A stretch of 64,000 nt of DNA from an uncultured Actinomycetes bacterium (GTDB lineage Bacteria; Actinomycetota; Thermoleophilia; UBA2241): assembly GCA_963845355.1 (NCBI GenBank), contig CAWJRV010000041.1:9235-73234 (forward strand). Direction: 5' to 3'. Made by a program: the position numbers and the translations under genes. The notes below the pieces were generated by a model. It was not told the origin of the DNA and ran no database searches. It worked only from the letters and a program-made list of their open reading frames with translations. Below are positions 16,991 to 25,575 of the stretch, one piece after another (position 1 is the stretch's first letter; each line of letters begins with the position of its first letter).

Positions 16991-17233
16991 CTGCTTTGCC
17001 GGCTCAACTCCACGAACGACCTGCACTACGGCGCCGCCGGCTACCCCGAGATCGAGAAGGACTACTACCTGGTCGACGGCCGGCCCAAGCGCTTCTTCGA
17101 CCGCACCGCGGTCGAAGCGCTGTTCGGTGAAGGTTGGCAGACGCTGAGCATGGAGGAGCAGACCATCCATCGCTACGTCCATCCCAAGGTGGTGTGGGAG
17201 ATCGTTGCCGAGGGCTCCGCTCGGCCGGCATAG
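16991..17233 (+). pseudogene. C-terminal remnant of a class I SAM-dependent methyltransferase
   Basis: Open frame without a start codon encoding ...HYGAAGYPEIEKDYYLVDGRPKRFFDRTAVEALFGEGWQTLSMEEQTIHRYVHPKVVWEIVAEGSARPA*. This resembles the C-terminal beta-strands of small methyltransferases. It begins immediately after the GNAT stop. Confidence 0.4.
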
Positions 17234-17325
17234 CAACCTGTTCCGGCGCGTCGATGCGGCGTCTGGCTGACAGGGGGTTCAGAAAGTACCATGTGGCGTT
17301 GAGGCTCGAAGGGGGACCTTGCCCA

Positions 17326-17523
17326 GTGACGACGGAGCGCGACAAGAAGCGTGAGATCGCGACACAGTACCTGTCGATGGTACCGGCAGGGGAAGTGGCG
17401 ACTCCCCAGGCTCGCGGCCACGCGGACTGTCCGTGCCCCAAGCGATGCACGATCCACGGTGAGTGCCACCTGTGCGTGGCCTACCATGGTCGCAAGGGTG
17501 CGCTGCCGCGCTGCGAGCGATAG
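17326..17523 (+). CDS. small Cys-rich protein (DUF6485-like pattern)
   Basis: The C-terminal CPCPKRCTIHGECHLCVAYHGRKGALPRC pattern is C-x-C-x3-C-x5-C-x2-C-x2-YH-x3-G-x-LP-x-C. GTG 17326 after GGGGGA is preferred over the track start at 17134. The family assignment is from memory. Confidence 0.4.
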   Translation: MTTERDKKREIATQYLSMVPAGEVATPQARGHADCPCPKRCTIHGECHLCVAYHGRKGALPRCER

Positions 17524-17559
17524 CGGGCGGCACGCCGTGAACCGCCACCGAGAACAGCC

Positions 17560-18111
17560 ATGAGCGAACGCGAGAAGATGCTCCACGGCGAGCTCTACGA
17601 CGCCGGCGATCCGGCCCTCGTCGAGGCAAGGATCGCCGCTCGCCGCCTCACCCGGCGACTCGACGCGCTCGACCCCGGAGACCAGGCCGGCCGCGAGCGC
17701 CTGCTGCGAGAGCTGCTCGGCGACATCGGCGCCGGCTCGCACGTGGAATCGCCTTTCTTCTGCGATTACGGTGCACAGATCCACCTGGGCGCCCGGGTGT
17801 TCGTCAACATGGGATGCGTGTTCCTGGACGCTGCGACCATCACCCTTCACGACGACGTGCAGCTCGGGCCCAACGTCCAGCTGCTGACATCCGACCACCC
17901 CCGCGACGCCGGCGAGCGGGCAAGCGGTCGAGAGTCGGCGTCGCCGATCTCGATCGGCGCGCGGTCGTGGCTCGGAGGCGGCGTCATCGTGCTGCCCGGC
18001 ATCGAGATCGGCGCCGACGTGGTGGTCGGCGCCGGCAGCGTGGTTACAAAGCCACTCGCGTCGGGCATGGTTGCGGCCGGCAATCCGTGCCGGGCGATCT
18101 CGCGACGGTAG
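17560..18111 (+). CDS. sugar O-acetyltransferase, left-handed beta-helix (Maa/LacA-like)
   Basis: 183 aa. N-terminal MSEREKMLHGELYDAGDPALVEAR, then hexapeptide repeats (IGARSWLGGGVIVLPGIEIGADVVVGAGSVV). Confidence 0.88.
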   Translation: MSEREKMLHGELYDAGDPALVEARIAARRLTRRLDALDPGDQAGRERLLRELLGDIGAGSHVESPFFCDYGAQIHLGARVFVNMGCVFLDAATITLHDDVQLGPNVQLLTSDHPRDAGERASGRESASPISIGARSWLGGGVIVLPGIEIGADVVVGAGSVVTKPLASGMVAAGNPCRAISRR

Positions 18112-18163
18112 GCCCGACTGTGGCCTCATGCCGCGCTCCGGCACCTCGATCAGGAGGTCGCAA

Positions 18164-18685
18164 ATGAAGGCGCTGCTCGTCATCGACGTGCAAGACGGCG
18201 TCTACGCAGAAGACGGGCGCGAGGTCTTCGAAGGCGAGGCGATGATCGCCAGGATCAATCGGTTGATCGCGTCTGCCCGTGCGTCCGGATGCCCCATCGT
18301 GTTCGTACAGCACGAAGACGAGTGGCTGATCGCCGACTCGCCGGCGTGGCAGCTCAGAAGCGGGCTGGACGCCCGGCCCGAGACCGATCTCTTCGTACGC
18401 AAGACTCATGGCAGCGCGTTCCACGACACGTCGCTCAGGGAGACGCTCGAGCGACTCGGCGTCGACGAGGTCGTGCTCTGCGGTCTGCAGTCGGAGTTCT
18501 GCATCGATTCGACGTTTCGTAACGCGGTAGCGCTCGGCTTCGAGGTCGTGCTCGCGGAGGATGCGCACAGCACCTTGGACTCAACGACCTTGTCCGCGCC
18601 GCAGATCATCGAGCACCACAATCGCACGCTCGCAGGCTACGGCCGCGTGGCTCCGGCCGAGTCCGTGTCGTTCGCCACGGACTGA
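18164..18685 (+). CDS. cysteine hydrolase / isochorismatase family protein
   Basis: ATG 18164 after CAGGAGG. Contains ALLVIDVQ, RKTHGSAF and VVLCGLQSEFCIDST with the catalytic Cys context. Confidence 0.85.
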   Translation: MKALLVIDVQDGVYAEDGREVFEGEAMIARINRLIASARASGCPIVFVQHEDEWLIADSPAWQLRSGLDARPETDLFVRKTHGSAFHDTSLRETLERLGVDEVVLCGLQSEFCIDSTFRNAVALGFEVVLAEDAHSTLDSTTLSAPQIIEHHNRTLAGYGRVAPAESVSFATD

Positions 18686-18934
18686 CGGCACTGACGTGCG
18701 CCTGGGCAGAGCGCCCTGTGCAGATGGGCGTGTGCAAAGGGCCCTGCGCAGAGCGCCCAAGGCCCCGATCGGCGCGACCGGAACGCTGCAAGTCAAGCGC
18801 CGGGTTGCAAAACGTGTTATAGTGCCGATAGGCGAGTCAAATAGGCTCGCAGGTTTGCGACGTAACACACCGCATGCTGGCGGTGAGGTTACGTCGTTTT
18901 GTTTTGCCCCAATGGGGTGGAAGGATGAGTTTTC

Positions 18935-19138
18935 ATGGCAGAAGGCAAAGTCAAGTGGTTCAATCCGGACAAGGGCTACGGCTTCATCGAGCGTGAGGAC
19001 GGCGACGATCTGTTCGTCCACTTCTCCGAGATCCAGGGCGAGGGCTTCAAGACGCTCGCCGAGGGTCAGGCCGTCACCTTCACTGAGGCCACTGGCAACA
19101 ATGGCAAGCAGCAGGCGACGCAGGTGCGGCCGGTCTAA
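18935..19138 (+). CDS. cold-shock protein (CspA family)
   Basis: 67 aa with the RNP motifs KGYGFI and DLFVHF. A long, relatively AT-rich 5' UTR lies upstream. Confidence 0.95.
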   Translation: MAEGKVKWFNPDKGYGFIEREDGDDLFVHFSEIQGEGFKTLAEGQAVTFTEATGNNGKQQATQVRPV

Positions 19139-19163
19139 GTACCAGGCCAACTCGCGAGCGCCC

Positions 19164-19201
19164 AAAAGAGGGCGGGCCCGTCCGGGCCCGCCCTCTTTTT
19201 G
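19164..19201. terminator. rho-independent (bidirectional-type) terminator after csp
   Basis: AAAAGAGGGCGGGCCCG-TC-CGGGCCCGCCCTCTTTTT: a perfect 13-bp GC stem flanked by an A-tract and a T-tract. Confidence 0.85.
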
Positions 19202-19265
19202 CGTTCGGGGCCGACGCACAGGGCGATCGAGGGGTGACGGGCGACATGTCAGACCGCAAAGTGCT

Positions 19266-19390
19266 GATCCGTGACGCCGCGGCATAGAGCCGATCCGTGA
19301 CGCCGCGGCATAGAGCCGATCCGTGACGCCGCGGCATAGAGCCGATCCGTGACGCCGCGGCACAGAGCCGATCCGTGACGCCGCGGCACG
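19266..19390. repeat. 26-bp tandem repeat, 4 full copies plus a 19-nt partial copy
   Basis: Unit GATCCGTGACGCCGCGGCATAGAGCC at 19266, 19292, 19318 and 19344 (the last with one T-to-C change), then a partial copy at 19370. There are no spacers, and the unit length is not a multiple of 3. The array ends 14 nt before the GNAT start at 19404. Confidence 0.9.
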
Positions 19391-19403
19391 GGCCTGCCTG
19401 CTG

Positions 19404-19931
19404 ATGCACACCGGCTGCACTATCGTTCTCGCCACAGCGGACCACGTTGCGGCGCTCCCCGACATCGAGTCGAGGGCCGCGGCGCACTTCGCCGGATGGG
19501 CCGTCCCTCGCGCCGTCCTCGCGCAGACTACACCGCTTGCGGTGCTGGCCGCCGCGCAGTCCGCCAGCCGGCTCTGGGTCGCGCTGTCGCGCGCGGGCGA
19601 TCCGGAGGGGTTCGGCCTGGTCGAGCCGCTGGGTTCGCGGCTTCATCTCGAGGAGCTCGACGTGCTGCCTGAGCACGGCGGTCTCGGCATCGGGACGGCG
19701 CTCGTCGACGCCATCGAGCGGTGGGCCCGCGCGAACCGGTTCCGGGAGATCGCGCTGACCACGTTTCGCGACGTGCCGTGGAACGCGCCGTTCTACCAGA
19801 AGCTGGAGTACGAGATCGTCGGCGAGCCCGATCTCGACACCGTGTTTCTGGCGTGGCTCAAGGGTGACGGCGCTCGCGGTCTCGACCAGACGCGGCGGGT
19901 GGTCATGCGCAAGCGGCTGGCCGCCCCCTGA
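19404..19931 (+). CDS. GNAT family N-acetyltransferase
   Basis: 175 aa. Motif VLPEHGGLGIGTALVDAIERWA. Confidence 0.8.
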   Translation: MHTGCTIVLATADHVAALPDIESRAAAHFAGWAVPRAVLAQTTPLAVLAAAQSASRLWVALSRAGDPEGFGLVEPLGSRLHLEELDVLPEHGGLGIGTALVDAIERWARANRFREIALTTFRDVPWNAPFYQKLEYEIVGEPDLDTVFLAWLKGDGARGLDQTRRVVMRKRLAAP

Positions 19932-20057
19932 CGCGTTCGCCGGGCAGAATTGCGCGGAGACGGCTTCATCGTCGCCACCCCGGCACTCTACGAACCGCTC
20001 GTCCAGCTTGTCGAGGAGTAGTCTTGGCGGCATCGGCCGATCGGGGTGGTAAGCACA

Positions 20058-20594
20058 ATGAGCGGGATGAAGATCACGATCCGCAGCGCCGGCCCAGACG
20101 ATGCCGCGGCCATCGCCACGATCCACGAAGCCGCCGTACGCGGCGCGACGGTCGAGGCCTGCTACGGCCAGGCGCAGATCGACGCCTGGGCGCGGCCGCG
20201 CGATTCGTCCCGGCTGCGAGAGCAGCTCAGCTCGCGCCTCTTCTTCATCGCAGCAGCCCAAGGTCAGCCGATCGGCTACGCGCAGCTCGACCCGAAGGCG
20301 GCCACGGTCAGATCCGTCTATGTGCTTCCCTCTCTCGTGCGCCAGGGCGTGGGACGCCGGCTCGTGCAGACCATGCTCCAGGTCGCGCGGGAGGCGGGCG
20401 TCGCGCGGCTTCAGCTCGACTCCTCGCTGAACGCCGTGTCGTTCTACGAGTCGCTCGGCTTTCGCCGGCTCGACGAGGTCGACCACGAGCTGCGAAGCGG
20501 AGCCGTCTTGCGCTGCGTCCGCATGGAATGGCCGCTTGGCGATCCGGAGAGCGATCTGGGGAGCGCTCCGAGGGACAGCGGGACAAGCACGTGA
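20058..20594 (+). CDS. GNAT family N-acetyltransferase
   Basis: Motif VLPSLVRQGVGRRLVQTMLQVA and FYESLGF. The start is uncertain among GTG 20046, ATG 20058 and ATG 20067. Confidence 0.8.
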   Translation: MSGMKITIRSAGPDDAAAIATIHEAAVRGATVEACYGQAQIDAWARPRDSSRLREQLSSRLFFIAAAQGQPIGYAQLDPKAATVRSVYVLPSLVRQGVGRRLVQTMLQVAREAGVARLQLDSSLNAVSFYESLGFRRLDEVDHELRSGAVLRCVRMEWPLGDPESDLGSAPRDSGTST

Positions 20595-21406
20595 CACACG
20601 AGTTCGACGGCAAGCTGTACGCCCAGGCATCGGCCCACCAGAAGGAGTGGGGCGCGAGCCTCATCGACGACCTGCGGCTGCGGGGCTCCGAGAGCGTCCT
20701 CGATCTGGGCTGTGGCGACGGCGCGCTGACGGCTCAGATCGCCGATCTGCTCCCCGACGGAGAAATCGTGGGCATCGACGCGTCGAGGGGCATGATCGAG
20801 GCCACGCGCGCCAACGAGCGCCCCAACACGCGCTTCCTGCTGGCCGACATCGCAGACTTCGAGCTCGGCCGGCAGTTCGACGTCGTCTTTTCGAACGCCA
20901 CGCTGCACTGGATCAAAGACCATCGGCGCCTCTACCGCCACGTCGCCCGGGCGCTGCGCGACGGCGGGCGAGTGCGCTTCAACTTCGCCGGCGACGGCAA
21001 CTGCTCGCACTTCTTCGCGATCGTGCGCGAGGCCATGGCGCGCAACGAGTTCGCCGCCTCGTTCGCCGCCTTCGAATGGCCCTGGTACATGCCATCGGTC
21101 GACGAATATTCCGCGCTGGTGGCAGCGGCCGGTCTGCGGGAGGCCCGGGTGTGGGGCGAGAACGCCGACAGGTTCTTCCCAGATGTACAGGCGATGGTCG
21201 CCTGGGTCGACCAGCCCAGCCTGGTGCCGTTGCTGGCCCACCTCCCAGGCGACCTCAAGGAGACGTTTCGGGACTACGTGGTCGCGCGCATGATCGAGGA
21301 GACCTGCCGGCCGGACGGCAGATGCTTCGAGACGTTCCGCCGCATCAACGTGGCGGCTGTTTCTGCGTGGTCACCCGGCTCATCCCGAACTGACGGTGAA
21401 CCGTGA
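20591..21406 (+). CDS. class I SAM-dependent methyltransferase (trans-aconitate methyltransferase-like)
   Basis: GTG 20591 overlaps the preceding stop (GTGA). SAM motif VLDLGCGDGALT, and FSNATLHW. Confidence 0.8.
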   Translation: MTHEFDGKLYAQASAHQKEWGASLIDDLRLRGSESVLDLGCGDGALTAQIADLLPDGEIVGIDASRGMIEATRANERPNTRFLLADIADFELGRQFDVVFSNATLHWIKDHRRLYRHVARALRDGGRVRFNFAGDGNCSHFFAIVREAMARNEFAASFAAFEWPWYMPSVDEYSALVAAAGLREARVWGENADRFFPDVQAMVAWVDQPSLVPLLAHLPGDLKETFRDYVVARMIEETCRPDGRCFETFRRINVAAVSAWSPGSSRTDGEP

Positions 21407-21503
21407 CCGCACCGGCTGATCCGCCCAAAGCCGATTCGCCCGAAGCGATGTGGGAAGCGTATGGGGGAACGACTGCTGAGTCGAGTCACGGAGATGCCGC
21501 CCC

Positions 21504-22121
21504 ATGAGCGATCACGAGCACTTCTACCAAGCCTATGAGAGCGACACGGCCCCGCCCTGGGACGTCGGTCGCCCGCAGCCCGCGCTGGTCGACGCTGAAA
21601 GGCGCGGCTGGGTGCGGGGCGCCGTGCTCGATGCCGGCTGCGGCACAGGCGAACACGCCCTGCTCTTTGCGGCGGCCGGCCACGACGTCGTCGGCGTCGA
21701 CGTGGCGCCGGCGGCGATCGCGCGCGCCGTCGCCAAGGCGAGCGAGCGCGGCCTGCCGAACCCGCCCCGGTTCGTCGTCGCCGATATCCTGACGCAGCCC
21801 GGCGCGTTCGACGACACTACCTATGACACCGTCGTCGACATGGGGTTCTTCCACACCCTGGACGACGATGAGCGCTCGACCTGGCGCTCGCTGCTCGCGC
21901 GCCTCCTGGCGCCCGGCGGCGGCTATGTGATGCTCTGCTTCTCAGACCTGGAGCCGGGATCGTGGGGCCCGCGGCGCATCTCAGAGGCAGACATACGCGA
22001 GACGTTCGCCGCGGGGGAGGGCTTCGCCGTGACCGACCTGGAGCGGACCGAGCTCCAGACGAACCGCGGCGTCACAGGGGACACGGTGCAGGCGTGGCTC
22101 TCGCGGATCGAGAGGGTGTAG
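21504..22121 (+). CDS. class I SAM-dependent methyltransferase
   Basis: 205 aa. Contains PPWDVGRPQP and the SAM motif VLDAGCGTGEHA. Confidence 0.8.
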   Translation: MSDHEHFYQAYESDTAPPWDVGRPQPALVDAERRGWVRGAVLDAGCGTGEHALLFAAAGHDVVGVDVAPAAIARAVAKASERGLPNPPRFVVADILTQPGAFDDTTYDTVVDMGFFHTLDDDERSTWRSLLARLLAPGGGYVMLCFSDLEPGSWGPRRISEADIRETFAAGEGFAVTDLERTELQTNRGVTGDTVQAWLSRIERV

Positions 22122-22216
22122 GGACCCGGCTCTGCGTCAGGCGAGCGCGACCAGGCGCGGCGGGCGGACCAGCGCGGCGCCGGCGCCCGGCGGGACGCCG
22201 GCCTGAGGTGGTGAGC

Positions 22217-22666
22217 TCAGCCTCCGAGCTCGAGCAGCTCGAACCCGGTCACGGGATCGACGCGGCGAACGGCGTCGCTGCCCGTGAGCTCGATGACGAC
22301 GACCTCACCGATGACCCAGGTCGTGACGCCGCGCCGGATGCAGCCGGCGGTCGTGCGGTCGTCGCGCCCGAAGGCGGCATGCAGGTGCAGGACGGCTCGG
22401 CCCTTCTCGTCGGGAAACAGCGTGCCCACGCCGGCCATCTCGTGGACGCCACGCAGCACGCGCTCCATGGGCTCGATCACGGCTGCCCTGCCGTCGGCGG
22501 GACCTACCACGACGCGGCTGCCGTCGTCGGCGCCGCCGAGGACGATCACCACCGCGCGCAGGACTCCTTCGCGACGGGCCAGCTCCTCGACGGACTCATG
22601 CACCACGTCGCCGTCTTCGAGGCGTATGACGAACACGCGCCCCAGCCCGGCTGCCGAATACTTCAT
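22217..22666 (-). CDS. PPC (DUF296) domain DNA-binding protein
   Basis: ATG 22666 (MKYSAAGLGRVFVIRLEDGD) after AGGGAG. HLHAAFGRDD...GC is typical of the PCC/DUF296 fold. The upstream part of the track ORF is discarded. Confidence 0.7.
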   Translation of the reverse strand: MKYSAAGLGRVFVIRLEDGDVVHESVEELARREGVLRAVVIVLGGADDGSRVVVGPADGRAAVIEPMERVLRGVHEMAGVGTLFPDEKGRAVLHLHAAFGRDDRTTAGCIRRGVTTWVIGEVVVIELTGSDAVRRVDPVTGFELLELGG

Positions 22667-22906
22667 GCCGACGCTCCCTGTGCCGCTCGTTGTGTCGCTT
22701 GCAGTGCCGCTCGTTGGGTGGTTTGTTGTGTCGTTCGTGCTCGCGTCGCCCGCAGGGCTGCCCACTGTACCGTCGCGATACCCGCAGGGCCGCTGCAGGG
22801 GGCCGCCTGGAACGACGCGAGCCCGCATCGTAGCACGGCCGCGGCGAGACGCCGCCGAGACTCAGCCCAACCTGTCGGCGTGGTGCACGTCACGTCGGGG
22901 AGCGTT

Positions 22907-22916
22907 GTGCTAGCGT
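22907..22916 (+). promoter_or_regulatory. extended -10 element TGcTAGCGT, 7 nt upstream of the rlmKL ATG (leaderless-type arrangement)
   Basis: TTGTGCTAGCGT shares the TGTGCTAG(C/T)GT string with the recQ promoter. ATG 22924 follows the hexamer by 7 nt, and there is no SD. Confidence 0.35.
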
Positions 22917-22923
22917 GAACCCC

Positions 22924-25575
22924 ATGACCCACGACGGTGAACCCGCGACCAGCGACCCCGGAGACGCAGATCTCATCTTCTTCGCCACGGCGGCCAGGGG
23001 CGCCGAGTCGCTCCTGACCGAGGAGCTGCGCGCACTGGCGGCGGACGCGGGCTTAGCCCAGCCGACCGTGAGCGAGGAGTGCGGGGGCGCATCGTTTGCC
23101 GGCCCACTGGCGTTCGGTTACCGGGCCTGCCTGTGGTCGCGACTCGCCCAGCGCGTGCTTTTGCAGGTCGCGACGCTGCCGCTCGACGGCGGTGGCGACG
23201 CCTTCTGGGATCGCCTTGCGGCGATCGACTGGACGGCGCATCTGGCGCCCGACGGTACCATGGCGGTCGACTTCGGCGGGCTCGGCTTGACCGTTGGCGT
23301 GACGAACACGCTGTTCGGCGCGCAGCGCACCAAAGACGTGATCGTCGACCAGTTCCGCGAGCGGTTCGGCCGGCGGCCGTCGGTCGATCCGAGCCGCCCC
23401 GACGTGCGGGTGAACGTCTACGTGGGCCGCCGCGAGGCACTCGTCAGCCTGGACCTGACCGGCGAGAGCCTGCACCGCCGCGGCTACCGTGAGGCCGGAC
23501 GTCAGACCGAGGCGCCACTCAAGGAGACGCTGGCCGCGGCTATCCTGATACGAGCGGGCTGGCCGGCCGTGGCGGCTGCCGAGGGCAGCGTCGTCGACCC
23601 GCTCTGCGGGTCGGGGACGCTGCCCATCGAAGCCGCCCTGATCGCCGCCGACGTCGCCCCCGGACTGCTGCGCGCTGCGGAAGCATGGGGGTTCACCGGC
23701 TGGCTCGGACACCAGGCGGGTGTCTGGGATGAGCTGGTCGCGGAGGCGGGCGAGCGCCGCGACGCGGCGCTCGCCCGCCTCCGTGCGGCTCGCGCCCTGC
23801 CTGAGGCAGAGGGCCGTGTCGTGCCGATCGCCTTCGGCTTCGACCGTGACGCGCGGTCCGTCGAGCTGGCCCGCGCCGACGTCGCGCGCGCCGGTCTCGA
23901 GGACCTCGTCAGTATCGAACGCCGCGATCTCGGCGCCTTGACTCGGCCGGCCGACCTTGACGCCTTGACGCGGCCGGCCGACCTTGACGCCGGCGCGACC
24001 GGCCTGGTCGTTGCCAACCCGCCTTACGGACATCGGCTCGGCGCCGACGCGGGCTCGGCATGGCCGGCGGCGGGGAGTGACCGGAGCAGTGGCCGCGGCG
24101 AGGACCGCTCACGCCGCGATCCGGGCGGCAACAGGAGCGGCAACAATGCGGCGACTCTCGCGCCTCCCGACCCGGCTCTGGACGCTCTCTATGCGCTGCT
24201 CGGCGAGCGCATCAGGGCGGAGTTCTCCGGCTGGCGAGCCGCCATCCTGGTCAACGACCTGGAGCTTGGCAAGCGGCTTGGCCTGCGAGCCCGGCGCTCG
24301 AACCACTTCATGAACGGGCCGCTGCATTGCACGCTGCTGCGCATCGACGTCAACGAGCGCGCCGCCGTCCCCCTGCCGAAGCGCCGGCTCACGGCGCCGG
24401 CGAAGGATCGGATGGCGCTGATGGAAGAAAGCCTGGCTCGGCCCCAAGACGATCGGGCGGGAGTTCCGCCCGCCGGCGAAGCGGACGCCCCGAGCGACGG
24501 TCGCGTGGGGTCTCCGTCTCCTTGGACAATTGGCCAAGATCTTGGCCAATTGTCCAACGTACCCGGCACCCCCCAGGCTTTGCCGAAGAGCGCCGCCGCC
24601 GCGGCTGCGCCAACGTCGACCTACTCTGCCGCCGCCGAGCAGTTCGCCAATCGGCTGCGCAAGAACGCGCGCCGCTGGGGCCGCTCCATGCGCCGCGCCG
24701 GCACGACCTGCTACAGGGTCTACGACGCCGACCTGCCCGATTTCGCCGTGGCTATCGACATCTACGAGCGCTGGGTGCACGTTCAGGAATACGCCCCGCC
24801 GCCCGAGATCGCCGAAGCGAAAGCGGCGGGCCGCCTCGCCGAGGCGCTGCGGGTGATCCCCGAGGTCCTCGGCGTCGAGCCCGCCGACGTCTTCCTCAAG
24901 GTCCGCGCCCGCCAGCGCGGTGCCGCGCAATACGAGCGTCAGGCGGCTCACGGCGTCGAGCGGGAAGTCCACGAAGGTGACCTCGTGTTCCTCGTCAACT
25001 TCACGGACTACCTCGACACCGGGCTCTTCCTGTCCGGACGCGAGGTTCGTCGCCTGCTGGGCCAGCTCGCCCCGGGGCAGCGGTTTCTGAACCTCTTCGG
25101 CTACACGGGAACGGCGAGCGTAGCGGCGGGCAGAGGCGGCGCCACGAGCACCACGACCGTCGATCTGAACGCCGGCTACCTCGAGTGGGCCCAGCGCAAC
25201 CTGGCCCGCAACAAGCTCAAGTCGGCGCGCAACGCGGTGGTCGAGGCCGACGTCCTGCAGTGGGTCGACCAGACCGATGAGCAGTTCGGCCTGATCTACC
25301 TCGACCCGCCGACGTTCTCTAACTCGAAGAAGATGGGACGCGCGACCTTCGACGTGCGTCGCGACCACGTCGACCTCATCCGCCTCGTCGCCCGCCGCCT
25401 TCTTGCCCCCGGCGGTGTGCTCATCTTCGCCTGCAACGCGCGGCGCTTTGCGATGGACACCGAATCGCTCGCACGCGACCACCTCCTCAAGGACCTCTCA
25501 CGCGCTACCCTGCCACCCGATTTCGCACGCAGCTCGCGGGCTTACCACGTGTGGCAGATCACGGCCCGAGAGTAA
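22924..25575 (+). CDS. rlmL: bifunctional 23S rRNA methyltransferase RlmKL-like (THUMP + m2G N-terminal module, m7G C-terminal module) with an expanded linker
   Basis: NPPY motif VANPPYGHRLG in the N-terminal half, and YLDPPTFSNSKKM in the C-terminal half. A long low-complexity linker contains a 9-aa tandem duplication and a 36-bp palindrome. In-frame GTG 22915 is the track start. Confidence 0.85.
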   Translation: MTHDGEPATSDPGDADLIFFATAARGAESLLTEELRALAADAGLAQPTVSEECGGASFAGPLAFGYRACLWSRLAQRVLLQVATLPLDGGGDAFWDRLAAIDWTAHLAPDGTMAVDFGGLGLTVGVTNTLFGAQRTKDVIVDQFRERFGRRPSVDPSRPDVRVNVYVGRREALVSLDLTGESLHRRGYREAGRQTEAPLKETLAAAILIRAGWPAVAAAEGSVVDPLCGSGTLPIEAALIAADVAPGLLRAAEAWGFTGWLGHQAGVWDELVAEAGERRDAALARLRAARALPEAEGRVVPIAFGFDRDARSVELARADVARAGLEDLVSIERRDLGALTRPADLDALTRPADLDAGATGLVVANPPYGHRLGADAGSAWPAAGSDRSSGRGEDRSRRDPGGNRSGNNAATLAPPDPALDALYALLGERIRAEFSGWRAAILVNDLELGKRLGLRARRSNHFMNGPLHCTLLRIDVNERAAVPLPKRRLTAPAKDRMALMEESLARPQDDRAGVPPAGEADAPSDGRVGSPSPWTIGQDLGQLSNVPGTPQALPKSAAAAAAPTSTYSAAAEQFANRLRKNARRWGRSMRRAGTTCYRVYDADLPDFAVAIDIYERWVHVQEYAPPPEIAEAKAAGRLAEALRVIPEVLGVEPADVFLKVRARQRGAAQYERQAAHGVEREVHEGDLVFLVNFTDYLDTGLFLSGREVRRLLGQLAPGQRFLNLFGYTGTASVAAGRGGATSTTTVDLNAGYLEWAQRNLARNKLKSARNAVVEADVLQWVDQTDEQFGLIYLDPPTFSNSKKMGRATFDVRRDHVDLIRLVARRLLAPGGVLIFACNARRFAMDTESLARDHLLKDLSRATLPPDFARSSRAYHVWQITARE
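24522..24557. repeat. 36-bp perfect palindrome inside the rlmKL linker
   Basis: TTGGACAATTGGCCAAGATCTTGGCCAATTGTCCAA equals its own reverse complement. It has 16 G+C of 36 in a roughly 70% GC context. It nests the smaller palindromes CAATTG, TGGCCA and AGATCT. Confidence 0.95.

Noticed and set aside
19266-19390. The 26-bp repeat array as a CRISPR array.
   Set aside because: The repeats are directly adjacent with no spacers. There are only about 5 units, and no cas genes are in the window.
13855-22121. A bona fide integron (intI plus attC-flanked cassettes).
   Set aside because: Only about 45 codons of the integrase N-terminus remain, on the same strand as the putative cassettes. By eye I found no attC-like RYYYAAC...GTTRRRY imperfect palindromes between the genes. 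I kept it only as a weaker 'decayed islet' hypothesis.
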